NCBI GenBank assembly: GCA_039934415.1
Contig: JBDTME010000006.1
Location: 17,206-81,205 of the forward strand
Reading direction: 5' to 3'
DNA: 64,000 nt
Source of the DNA: Patescibacteria group bacterium
GTDB taxonomy: Bacteria > Patescibacteriota > Microgenomatia > UBA1400 > PJMF01
The position numbers and the translations under genes are program-made. Position 1 is the first letter of the stretch, and every line of letters starts with the position of its first letter. Positions 10,187 through 19,544 of this stretch are shown piece by piece. Under the pieces are notes generated by a model that saw nothing but the letters and a program-made list of their open reading frames with translations, made no database searches and was not told where the DNA came from.

Positions 10187-10490
10187 TAATTACTTATCTA
10201 TAAGAGTGCTATACCACTACTTTTGATAAAGATCCCAACCAACCTGGAACAACGTTAGAATACACCAACTTAAAAGGTGATAAGGTTGATTACTACTTGA
10301 GTAAATATTCTCTAACAGTTCACGGATCTGCTTTTACAGATTGCATGAGTAACAATAAATATATTTAAAAGAAAGGAATGGGGTTATTAAAAATGTTAGT
10401 TTTTCAGGTGTTAGTTTTGAGTCATGAGGCGGAATATTGTTCTAATGATTGAAAACTGATAACTGATAGCTAACTTCCCCAAAAATTTTT

Positions 10491-12899
10491 ATGGCGAAAA
10501 AACAACGCCCAAGTTTAACAAACCTCTACACCAAAGAGGTAAAAGTTGGTGAAAAGGTAATTACCCTCGAAGTGGGTCGCTTTAGCGAACAGGTCGAGGC
10601 TGCTGTCATGGCCAAATGTGGTGACACATGGGTGCACGTGACCTTAGCACTCGGTAAAGAAACTGCTTTGGGTTATTTCCCATTGCAAGTTGAGTATGTC
10701 GAAAAACTCTATGCTGCTGGAATGATTAAGGGATCTCGCTGGGTAAAGCGTGACGGTCGTCCAACTGAGGATGCAGTCCTTCGTGGTCGTGTCATCGATC
10801 GTACCCTTCGACCATTATTTGCTGAAGGTTTAACACGAGAAGTTCAAGTTATCTGTACCGTTTTATCCGCTGATGGAATCAACGATCCAGATATGGTTGC
10901 ACTTGTCGGAGCAGCCGCAGCAGTTGAAATTTCTTCTATCCCATTTGATGGTCCAGTCGCAGGTTTGCGTATTGGCTACAACATTGCCGAAAAGAAATTC
11001 GTTTACAATCCAACTTTCACTGAAAAAGAAACCAGTGATATGGATTTGATTTTATGTGGAAATGCAGATGCCATCGTGATGGTTGAAGCAGGTGCCAAAG
11101 AAATTTCAGAAGAAGTCATGATCGAGGCTTTTGATAAAGGTCAGGCTCAACTGTCAGAAATGGCAAAATCCATTAAAGAGATGGGTGAGGAAATTGGTAA
11201 AGAAAAATTCACCTTTATCCCAGAAGAAGAGCACGTAGAACTGCAAGCAGCGTTGAACAAGAAGTACGCCAAAAAAATTGCAGAGATGGTTGTGTTAGAA
11301 GGCAAACTTTTACCATTTGACCTCGATGTACTCGTCGCTGAAGTGAAAGTTGAGCGCGAAGATCTCGAAGAAAACGATATCAAGCACGCCTTTTACAACT
11401 TAATGAGAACCGAAGGTCGTCGCATGATCATTGAAGACGGGATCCGTCCAGATGACCGCAAGACAACTGAGATTCGTCCAATCACCGTTGCTGTTGACGT
11501 TCTTCCAATGACCCATGGTAGTGCTATGTTCAAACGAGGAGCAACTCAAGCACTCACGATCACTACTTTAGGTTCTCCATCTCTTGGTCAATTGATCGAA
11601 GACATGGAAGGTGAGCAAGTTCGTCACTATATTCATCACTACAACATGCCTCCATATGCTTCTGGTGAAGCTGGACGCATTGGCTATCCAAAACGCCGAG
11701 AAATCGGACACGGTGCTCTTGCAGAACGTGCATTGTTCCCAATGCTGCCAACTCAGGAAGAGTTTCCATATACCATTCAGGTTGTTTCTGAAATCATGAG
11801 TTCCAATGGCTCGACTTCCCAAGCTTCTGTTTGTGGATCGACAATGTCACTCATGGCTGCCGGTGTCCCAATCAAACGACCAGTTGCAGGTATTGCAATG
11901 GGTCTGATGACTGATGGTAAAGGCAAGTACGTTGTCTTGTCTGACATCCAAGGTTTGGAAGATCACGTTGGAGACATGGACTTCAAAGTTGCTGGAACCA
12001 CGGTTGGTATCACTGCCATGCAGATGGATATCAAGATCAAAGGGATCCCAATGGACGTGATGAAAAAAGCACTTGGTCAGGCCCGAGAAGGTCGACTCTT
12101 CATCTTGGATAAGATGTTGGCTTGTATCGCTGAACCACGTAAAACTGTTTCAACCTTGGCGCCTAAAGTTCAACAATTGTCCATCCCGGGTGACCGAATT
12201 GGAGAATTGATTGGTCCAGGAGGAAAGGTCATTAAAAATATCATTGCTGTTACCGGTGCTCAAGTTGACGTCGATGAAGCAGATGGTAAAGGAATTGTAA
12301 ATATTTCTTCCGATGACCAAGCCAAAATCGATCAAGCGTTTAAGTGGATTTCGGACATGATGCGTGTGTTGACCGTTGGTGAAGAGTTCGATGGATTAGT
12401 GACTCGGGTCGAAGGATACGGAGCTTTTGTCGAGTTCCTTCCAGGACGTGAAGGATTAGTCCACGTTTCAACGATGGCAACTGAGTTCGTTCGAGATGCC
12501 CATGATATGGTCAACCTCGGGGACAATGTTCACGTTAGAATTGCCGGTATCGATGAAGAAGGCAAGATCAAACTATCGATGTTAACTCCAGAACAAGAAG
12601 AGCAGGCTCGTCAAAACCGACCTCCTCGTCCAGAAGGTGGAGATCGAGGTGGATTTAGCGGTGGCAGTCGCGGAGGTTTCAGTGGAGGCGATCGAGGTGG
12701 AAGTAGAGGCGGATTTGGTGGAAACCGAGGTGGCAGTGGCCGCAGTTTTGGTGGCGGTGATCGCGGAGGCAGCCGAGGCGGCTTCAGCGGTGGTGACCGA
12801 GGTGGCAGTCGTGGAGGTAGTACCGGCCGCAGTTTCACTCCCCGAAATGATCGTGCACCAGCATCAAAAGATAGCTTTTCACAAAAATCATTTGAGTGA
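10491..12899 (+). CDS. pnp: Polyribonucleotide nucleotidyltransferase with RGG-rich C-terminal tail
   Basis: Two RNase PH domains (RREIGHGALAERAL, SNGSTSQASVCG, GDMDFKVAGT), KH and S1 domains. Confidence 0.98.
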   Translation: MAKKQRPSLTNLYTKEVKVGEKVITLEVGRFSEQVEAAVMAKCGDTWVHVTLALGKETALGYFPLQVEYVEKLYAAGMIKGSRWVKRDGRPTEDAVLRGRVIDRTLRPLFAEGLTREVQVICTVLSADGINDPDMVALVGAAAAVEISSIPFDGPVAGLRIGYNIAEKKFVYNPTFTEKETSDMDLILCGNADAIVMVEAGAKEISEEVMIEAFDKGQAQLSEMAKSIKEMGEEIGKEKFTFIPEEEHVELQAALNKKYAKKIAEMVVLEGKLLPFDLDVLVAEVKVEREDLEENDIKHAFYNLMRTEGRRMIIEDGIRPDDRKTTEIRPITVAVDVLPMTHGSAMFKRGATQALTITTLGSPSLGQLIEDMEGEQVRHYIHHYNMPPYASGEAGRIGYPKRREIGHGALAERALFPMLPTQEEFPYTIQVVSEIMSSNGSTSQASVCGSTMSLMAAGVPIKRPVAGIAMGLMTDGKGKYVVLSDIQGLEDHVGDMDFKVAGTTVGITAMQMDIKIKGIPMDVMKKALGQAREGRLFILDKMLACIAEPRKTVSTLAPKVQQLSIPGDRIGELIGPGGKVIKNIIAVTGAQVDVDEADGKGIVNISSDDQAKIDQAFKWISDMMRVLTVGEEFDGLVTRVEGYGAFVEFLPGREGLVHVSTMATEFVRDAHDMVNLGDNVHVRIAGIDEEGKIKLSMLTPEQEEQARQNRPPRPEGGDRGGFSGGSRGGFSGGDRGGSRGGFGGNRGGSGRSFGGGDRGGSRGGFSGGDRGGSRGGSTGRSFTPRNDRAPASKDSFSQKSFE

Positions 12900-12921
12900 G
12901 CTTTAAAATAAAAACTTAAAT

Positions 12922-12956
12922 AAAGACCTTTCCAAACTTGTTTGGAAGGGTCTTTT
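12922..12956 (+). terminator. Terminator after pnp
   Basis: AAAGACCTTTCCAAAC-tt-GTTTGGAAGGGTCTTTT. Confidence 0.85.
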
Positions 12957-13015
12957 AGTATTCTGTTCCAATTTTTCAGCTTGCTAATACAAGCTAAATT
13001 GATCACAATGGATTA

Positions 13016-13894
13016 ATGAAACTTTCCACTTTGCAAACCAAAAATAATCACTTTACGATCAGTGCTTTTGATCATCGTTCCAGTCTCGTGAAATTACTAG
13101 GATTAGATGAAACAGATGAAGAGCGATTAAAACAGCAGATGATCGAAGTAAAGTCATTGTTCATGAAGATTTTCTCTCCGATAAGTAGTGGGGTGTTGAC
13201 CGATCCCATTTATGGATTGGATACGCTAGAAGACAAGGCGAAATCGTGTGGATTACTGATGTCGTTGGAAGAGTCAGGATATGATGCTGACAAAACAGAG
13301 TTGCCAAAATTACTACCGAATTGGGGCATCAAAGGCATTAAAGAGCATGGCTCTTCTGCCAAAATGTTGTTATATTTTAATCCAAAAGAGAAAGCTGCAA
13401 TGTTGAAAAAAGAGTTGATTGTTCAACTCTATGCATTGGCCAAAAAGGAAGATATCCCTTTCTTACTGGAACTCGTGTTATTTCCACTTGAAGATGAAGC
13501 TGAGTTTAAAAAAGACTGGCACACCTTGCAACTGGAGTCGGTTGGTATTTTTCAAGGTTTGTGTGACGTGCTGAAGATTGAATACCCAGGTTTACATGCA
13601 TCATCAGAAGAACATGCGAGTTTGTTTTGCGAAATGATTTCCAAAGCCACAGCTGTGCCATGGATTATTCTCTCCAGGGGGATGAAGTACGAGTTATTTT
13701 TCCAAGCATTGAAAATCTCAATGGATAAAGGGGCTGCTGGTTTTGCTGTGGGTCGTGCAGTTTGGCAAGAGATTGACAATTACTCTCTGGAAAAAACAGG
13801 TAGCTGGCAAGAAAGTCTGACACAGATGCAAGATTTTTTGGAAAATATTGCTGTTGGGAGATTAGAAGGACTCATTGAGCTAGTCGAGAAATAA
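13016..13894 (+). CDS. Tagatose-1,6-bisphosphate aldolase-like class I aldolase (LacD family)
   Basis: AFDHR, LTDPIYG, LEESGY, DVLKIEYP, PWIILSRG, GFAVGRAVWQ. Confidence 0.88.
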   Translation: MKLSTLQTKNNHFTISAFDHRSSLVKLLGLDETDEERLKQQMIEVKSLFMKIFSPISSGVLTDPIYGLDTLEDKAKSCGLLMSLEESGYDADKTELPKLLPNWGIKGIKEHGSSAKMLLYFNPKEKAAMLKKELIVQLYALAKKEDIPFLLELVLFPLEDEAEFKKDWHTLQLESVGIFQGLCDVLKIEYPGLHASSEEHASLFCEMISKATAVPWIILSRGMKYELFFQALKISMDKGAAGFAVGRAVWQEIDNYSLEKTGSWQESLTQMQDFLENIAVGRLEGLIELVEK

Positions 13895-13951
13895 AGAATT
13901 TGTTATACTGTCTTCATCACTTATTAGGTGTTATTCACATTTGGAGTCACT

Positions 13952-14254
13952 ATGTCAGGCAAAGCAACGCAATGGATTCAAATCGCACAAACATTATTAG
14001 CGTTGGTGATTGGTTTGATCGAAATCATTTTAATTTTCCGATTCATCTTGCGGTTGCTCAATGCGAGTCCATCAGCAGAGATTGTGAGTTGGGTGCTGGT
14101 GAACTCTGCGCCATTTTTGCGACCATTCGCATTCGCCTTTACTCCATTTATTTTGCCTGGAGGATTTGCAATTGAGTTCACTACTTTGTTTGCAATTTTT
14201 GCCTATGCTGTAATTGGCTATGTAATTCGTGAAGCGTTGAATATGATGAAGTGA
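13952..14254 (+). CDS. YggT family membrane protein
   Basis: RFILRLLNA..VSWV..SAPFLRPF..EFTTLFAI. Confidence 0.8.
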   Translation: MSGKATQWIQIAQTLLALVIGLIEIILIFRFILRLLNASPSAEIVSWVLVNSAPFLRPFAFAFTPFILPGGFAIEFTTLFAIFAYAVIGYVIREALNMMK

Positions 14255-14839
14255 TCAAATCAGCGTCATCTGCATGCCTTCTTCTTTTTCTGATTTAAAT
14301 GAAAAGTCGACGGGTGTTTCGATAAGGCGATTCCATTTATTCTTATATTTTAGTTTTCCAAACTTCATTCCGTAATCATAGATATCTCGGGTAATTGCTA
14401 CATCCATCAGACAATACTCTTTGAGTTTATCAAGTTGGCCGGATTCGTAGTATTTGATGGCATCAAGCCCATCCCCACTTTTGCCTTTTCCCAGAGTCTC
14501 TTTGGCGATAATATCAAGTTTAATGCGGTGTCCGGTAGCATCCTTAAACCTTGCCAGAAGATCAAGCGATGGGAATTTCAAAATCGCTTCAGAATAATAT
14601 GGAACGAGTGCTGGAATGTCGAAGTGATCACTGTTAAAACCAATTAACATATCTGCTTGTTCAAACAGAGGAAACATTTGTTCGAGTTCATGCTCAAAAA
14701 ATCCCAACATCTCACCGTCACCGTGCATCGAATCACGGACACAAACTCCCACAAAAGAAACTCCTAATTTTTCAGGAAAATTCCCGTCCACTTGATTGAA
14801 TGTCCGCTTGGTTTCGATGTCAAAAATAATTTGTTTCAT
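14255..14839 (-). CDS. RNase H-like (YprB/RNase_H_2) 3'-5' exonuclease domain protein
   Basis: FDIET, IGFNSDHFDIP, YCLMDV (DEDD-type) motifs. Confidence 0.88.
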   Translation of the reverse strand: MKQIIFDIETKRTFNQVDGNFPEKLGVSFVGVCVRDSMHGDGEMLGFFEHELEQMFPLFEQADMLIGFNSDHFDIPALVPYYSEAILKFPSLDLLARFKDATGHRIKLDIIAKETLGKGKSGDGLDAIKYYESGQLDKLKEYCLMDVAITRDIYDYGMKFGKLKYKNKWNRLIETPVDFSFKSEKEEGMQMTLI

Positions 14840-15177
14840 GATAATAGATGTTTATTATATCGAATTCAATCAAAAAAAAAGAAATGCCCCAGAAAGAGGG
14901 GCAATCTCACCTGCCAATTAGGGCAGGTCGGACGTTGGAAGGCTTTACTTACTATAGAAGCTTTAGTGAAGGTGACGCAACACAAAGAAGAGGCGAAGAG
15001 AATCTAGATATACGAGAATTATTACGCTCAGTCGTATGGAGATGCTATATTTATAGCCTAGTTTTAGCCTATATATTAGGCTAATTCTAGTCCAATCCTA
15101 GTACATTTTTATAGTGACATCATCCCAGGTGGCGGGGCATCCTTCACTAGTTCCTGCTGAGAGCTTATAATCCTTTC

Positions 15178-15711
15178 ATGTCCGATCTTCAGAACTTCCA
15201 TGCCAAGATTTGTTTCACGGCTGCTGCCTGGTTACTACACGATGAGAAAGTGCTATTAGTACATCATAAAAAATTAGATATTTGGTTGGCGCCAGGTGGA
15301 CACGTCGAAGAACAAGAACTACCCCATCAAACGGCTGAACGTGAATTTTGGGAGGAAACTGGCATTCGAGCAAAAGCGATTTCACAGCAAGAATTTGGAG
15401 TTGATGAAGCGACTGAATTTTTACCCAATCCAATTGCTTCCAATCTGCATTGGGTGTGTAAAGAGAACTATTGGTTGCGACAAGGAATTGGAAAATCAGA
15501 AGATGTACCAGAAGGTTGGCGCAAACGGAAGTGTGAGCAACATTTAGGATTGTCATATCTAGTGTATCCAACAAATGGAGTGGAGTTCCGACAGGATGTT
15601 GAAGAAACTTTGGGAATTGGCTGGTTTGGTCCAGAAGAGTTGGCAGATTTGCAAACACTTGATAACATCCGAGCGGAAGCGAAGTTTGTATTTGAACACT
15701 ATCCGCGATAA
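15178..15711 (+). CDS. NUDIX hydrolase
   Basis: PGGHVEEQELPHQTAEREFWEETG Nudix box. Confidence 0.93.
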   Translation: MSDLQNFHAKICFTAAAWLLHDEKVLLVHHKKLDIWLAPGGHVEEQELPHQTAEREFWEETGIRAKAISQQEFGVDEATEFLPNPIASNLHWVCKENYWLRQGIGKSEDVPEGWRKRKCEQHLGLSYLVYPTNGVEFRQDVEETLGIGWFGPEELADLQTLDNIRAEAKFVFEHYPR

Positions 15712-15774
15712 AAAAAACACTCGAAATGGTACAATACTACCTCTGGGTTATACATTACTATTAGGACAGTCAAC

Positions 15775-16518
15775 ATGTTGTCAATTTCAAATCTCCAAGT
15801 TTCAGTTAACGAAAAACCAATTTTGATGGGTGTTGATTTAGACGTCAAGCCAGGTGAAGTTCACGCAATCATGGGACCAAATGGATCTGGTAAATCAACT
15901 TTAGCCTACTCCCTTGCTGGTCATCCATTTTATGAAATTACGAAAGGGAAGGTAACCCTTGATGGTGATGATGTGTTAGTCAAAGCTCCTGATGAACGCG
16001 CGAATGCAGGTTTATTTCTCGCTTTCCAATATCCAGTCGAAGTTGCTGGCGTCAAAGTGAATCATTTTTTGCGTCTGGCGTATGAGGCACGTTTTGCCGG
16101 ACAGCCTGAGAAAAAATTCCCAACAGTTTTAGCTTTTCGGAAGCATCTAGAGAGTTTGGCCGATGAATTACAAGTCAATAAAGATTTATTAAAACGTGGA
16201 CTGAACGAGGGCTTCAGTGGTGGTGAAAAAAAACGCGTTGAGATTTTGCAGATGGCTGTATTAGAGCCTAAGTATGCTATTTTGGATGAAACTGATTCAG
16301 GATTAGACGTTGACGCGATTAAGGCAGTGTCTGCCGGAGTTAAAAAAATTATTGAAAAATATAACACCGGGATTATCGTCATCACACATTATCAGCGCAT
16401 CTTGAAATATCTCGAGCCAGAATTCGTGCACGTCATGGTCAAAGGAAAAATTGTGAAATCTGGCGGACGCGATTTCGCACAAGAATTGGAAAGTGAAGGA
16501 TACAAGAAGTTTGTTTGA
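15775..16518 (+). CDS. sufC: Fe-S assembly ATPase SufC
   Basis: GPNGSGKST, LAFQYP, NEGFSGGEKKR, LDETDSGLD, ITHYQR. Confidence 0.97.
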   Translation: MLSISNLQVSVNEKPILMGVDLDVKPGEVHAIMGPNGSGKSTLAYSLAGHPFYEITKGKVTLDGDDVLVKAPDERANAGLFLAFQYPVEVAGVKVNHFLRLAYEARFAGQPEKKFPTVLAFRKHLESLADELQVNKDLLKRGLNEGFSGGEKKRVEILQMAVLEPKYAILDETDSGLDVDAIKAVSAGVKKIIEKYNTGIIVITHYQRILKYLEPEFVHVMVKGKIVKSGGRDFAQELESEGYKKFV

Positions 16519-16581
16519 TCAATTAATACATAGGGTGATAGTTGTCTGTGAATTAGAAATTAAAACGTAAAGAATATACAC

Positions 16582-18006
16582 ATGTCTCGTTTTGCAGCAA
16601 AAAAAACTACAGGATTTGATACTACTACCGAAAACTACTCGGCGGGTTTCTCATACTCTACAAAAGGTTACTCACACATCATCAAACCTGGTTTGAATGA
16701 GCATGTGGTCAAAGAAATTTCAGGGATTAAGAATGAGCCAGAGTGGATGTTAAAACTACGTCTCAAAGCATATGAGCAATTTGTATCTAAACCTACTCCA
16801 CAATGGGGAGGCGATTTAAACTCGATTAATTATGACAAGATTCGGTATTACATGAGTGCCTCAGATGGCCAAAAAAAATCTTGGGATGACGTGCCCAAAG
16901 AAGTAAAAGCGACCTTTGAAAAATTGGGAATTCCTGAAGCAGAACGAACGGTTCTCGCTGGCGTTAAAGCACAGTATGATTCTGAAGTCGTTTATGGATC
17001 ATTGCTCGATGTATGGGCAAAGGATGGGGTCGTTTTCTTGTCTATGGATGAAGGATTGGCCAAGTACCCAGAACTAGTAAAAGAATATTTTGGTAAAGTA
17101 ATTCCAAGTGGTGACAATAAATTTTCAGCTTTGAATACTGCGACATGGTCTGGCGGTTCCTTTGTGTACATCCCAAAGGGAGTAGAAGTCAAAATGCCGT
17201 TGCAGACCTACTTTCGGATCAACGCCCCCAATGCTGGTCAATTTGAGCGAACACTAATCATTGTGGATGAAGGGGCAAAAGTTCATTACATTGAAGGTTG
17301 CACCGCACCGAGTTTTTCTTCAGGCTCTTTGCATTCAGCAGTCGTGGAAATTTTTGTCAAAAAAGGTGCGCGGTGTCAGTACACTACTGTTCAGAACTGG
17401 TACAAAAATGTCTATAACTTAGTGACGAAGCGTGCTTGGGTAGAAGAAGAAGGTGAGATGATCTGGACCGATTTTAATATGGGTTCAAAATTAACAATGA
17501 AATATCCCGGATTCATTTTAGCTGGCAAAGGTGCCAAAGGTGAAACATTGTCGATGGCGATGGCAGGAGCAGGTCAGCACCAAGATACCGGGTCGAAAGC
17601 AACACATCTTGCTCCATACACAAGTTCAACTATCATCTCAAAATCGATCAGTAAGGATGGTGGACGCACGAGTTATCGTGGCATGATCAATGTGGGCCCA
17701 CTCGCTCATGGTTCCAAAAACACAGTGATCTGTGATGCGCTCTTACTTGACCCGCTTTCTCGTTCGGATACATATCCGACCGATCGCATTTTCAACTCTG
17801 ACGTAGAAATTCAACACGAAGCTACTGTGTCCAGAATTGGTGACGAGCAACTGTTTTACTTAATGAGTCGTGGCATGAAAGAAGAAGATAGTCGCAAGAT
17901 GATTGTGAATGGTTTCGTTGATGATTTAGTCAAAAAATTACCGATGGAGTACGCTGTTGAAATGAATCGACTAATTGATCATGAGATGGAAGGAAGTATC
18001 GGATAG
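16582..18006 (+). CDS. sufB: Fe-S assembly protein SufB
   Basis: GQFERTLII, YIEGCTAP, LHSAVVE, QDTGSK, HEATVS. Confidence 0.97.
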   Translation: MSRFAAKKTTGFDTTTENYSAGFSYSTKGYSHIIKPGLNEHVVKEISGIKNEPEWMLKLRLKAYEQFVSKPTPQWGGDLNSINYDKIRYYMSASDGQKKSWDDVPKEVKATFEKLGIPEAERTVLAGVKAQYDSEVVYGSLLDVWAKDGVVFLSMDEGLAKYPELVKEYFGKVIPSGDNKFSALNTATWSGGSFVYIPKGVEVKMPLQTYFRINAPNAGQFERTLIIVDEGAKVHYIEGCTAPSFSSGSLHSAVVEIFVKKGARCQYTTVQNWYKNVYNLVTKRAWVEEEGEMIWTDFNMGSKLTMKYPGFILAGKGAKGETLSMAMAGAGQHQDTGSKATHLAPYTSSTIISKSISKDGGRTSYRGMINVGPLAHGSKNTVICDALLLDPLSRSDTYPTDRIFNSDVEIQHEATVSRIGDEQLFYLMSRGMKEEDSRKMIVNGFVDDLVKKLPMEYAVEMNRLIDHEMEGSIG

Positions 18007-18009
18007 AGT

Positions 18010-18906
18010 ATGTCAGAACAAAAAGAAGATAGAAATCTAGGCAAAAAAGAAGGTAGTCATAGATTGTCTTGGTTACATGATTTGTCAGAAAAACTGGGAG
18101 GCAATGAGTCTGAAGATTTTCAAGCTGTACTAGTTTTTTTTAAGGAGCTTGAAAAACCTACCTTTGATATAGACAAGCAGAATGAGAGTCGTCAAAAGGT
18201 AATGGTGCTAAAGGGTATTCTTTTGGCTGCCGATGCACGAGGTACCGATGTGAATTTAGGTGGTTTTGAAGGGGAGACGAGGGAGTTTCTAGCAGCTGAT
18301 GTCAATCAGGAAGTTTGGCTTGATTTTTTAAAGATTCTATTAAGACATAAAGAAAATTTTCAATATCAGATAGCGGTATTCGCATCGTTAATGAAAGATC
18401 CCCAAGTTGCCCAAGAATTATTTCCAGAGGCGACTTTACTAAAGAGCGAATACCAAATCGTTTTGTCCCACAAACATTGGGATCTTTGTGATAAGTCTGA
18501 AAGAAGACTGGATTTATCATTGACGCACGGGGCAGTTTTAAATGTTGACGGATTTCTGTTGATTAAATTTTTTGGCAGATTTACTGCATTATGCTTAAAA
18601 GATAGTATTAGCTCAAACGGAAATGTTTTTATAAAAGGGTGTTTTTACACACCCGTAGACTCTAATATTAGAGAAGATATTAAAAATAGATTTTATACTA
18701 ATTCAAGTCGAGATATCAAATTAAATAATCCAGAACAATGGTTGCTTATGAGACCATTGGAATTGTCAGATCAGTCAACTGATTCTTACTTAGATGAAAT
18801 TGAGAAAAAATTGCAGAAATTATCCCAGACCTTACCAGCTAGAATAATGGGAAAGTCAAGAAAAGATGCTGCAAGTGAATTTTACGAAGACGAAATAGGT
18901 AATTAA
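18010..18906 (+). CDS. Hypothetical protein inserted between sufB and sufD
   Basis: 298-aa ORF, visibly AT-richer than its neighbours. Confidence 0.7.
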   Translation: MSEQKEDRNLGKKEGSHRLSWLHDLSEKLGGNESEDFQAVLVFFKELEKPTFDIDKQNESRQKVMVLKGILLAADARGTDVNLGGFEGETREFLAADVNQEVWLDFLKILLRHKENFQYQIAVFASLMKDPQVAQELFPEATLLKSEYQIVLSHKHWDLCDKSERRLDLSLTHGAVLNVDGFLLIKFFGRFTALCLKDSISSNGNVFIKGCFYTPVDSNIREDIKNRFYTNSSRDIKLNNPEQWLLMRPLELSDQSTDSYLDEIEKKLQKLSQTLPARIMGKSRKDAASEFYEDEIGN

Positions 18907-18920
18907 TAAATAATGTAATT

Positions 18921-19445
18921 ATGAAGTCACTAAAAGAAGAACAAGCCAAAGTATTTAAAATAAAGAGTGTTTCTCCTACACCAATCATCATCAGTGGAAC
19001 CGGGAAGTATTTGGTGGAGATTCTCAAAGAAGGCGCACACGCCGAGATTCAAGGCTCTTTTTTAACTACAGGAAGTGAAGAGGTAGATATTGAAATTTTG
19101 ATAGTGCACAAAGTTCCCCACACGACAGCAAAAACGACGCTGAAAGGTGTGGCTCGAGATAAAAGCAAGATTCGTTTCTTGGGGAGGATTATTATCGAGG
19201 AAGGGTGTGGTGATACTAACTCATTTTTAGAAGAGCGAATTTTATTGCTCTCTGATCAAGCCAAAGCCGAAGCTGTGCCAGAGTTGGAGATCTTAGCTGA
19301 CGATGTAAAATGTTCACACGCAGCCACAATTAGTAATATTCCAAAAGAACATTTATTTTACCTGCAAAGCCGTGGCCTTTCTAAGACGGTTGCAGAAGAT
19401 GCAATTGTTGAAGGTTTTTTAAAATTGCCTGAAGCTAAGAATTAA
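18921..19445 (+). CDS. sufD: Short SufD (C-terminal beta-helix only)
   Basis: LLLSDQAKAEAVPELEILADDVKCSHAAT, LFYLQSRGL. Confidence 0.9.
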   Translation: MKSLKEEQAKVFKIKSVSPTPIIISGTGKYLVEILKEGAHAEIQGSFLTTGSEEVDIEILIVHKVPHTTAKTTLKGVARDKSKIRFLGRIIIEEGCGDTNSFLEERILLLSDQAKAEAVPELEILADDVKCSHAATISNIPKEHLFYLQSRGLSKTVAEDAIVEGFLKLPEAKN

Positions 19446-19544
19446 AGTTTTGTCCTAAAATTTGATCTTCTTATTAAGAAATTATAACATTTTTAACGAG
19501 ACTATATTTGCATTCATCGTTTGCTTGGATGTTACAATACCTGT

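Noticed and set aside
12611-13006. Proline-rich antisense ORF and alternative-frame ORF at the pnp end
   Set aside because: Shadows of the Gly/Arg codon repeats in pnp.
14792-15084. Short plus-strand ORFs (71 and 78 aa)
   Set aside because: No recognisable motifs or RBS; they overlap hairpins better explained as minus-strand RNA structure.
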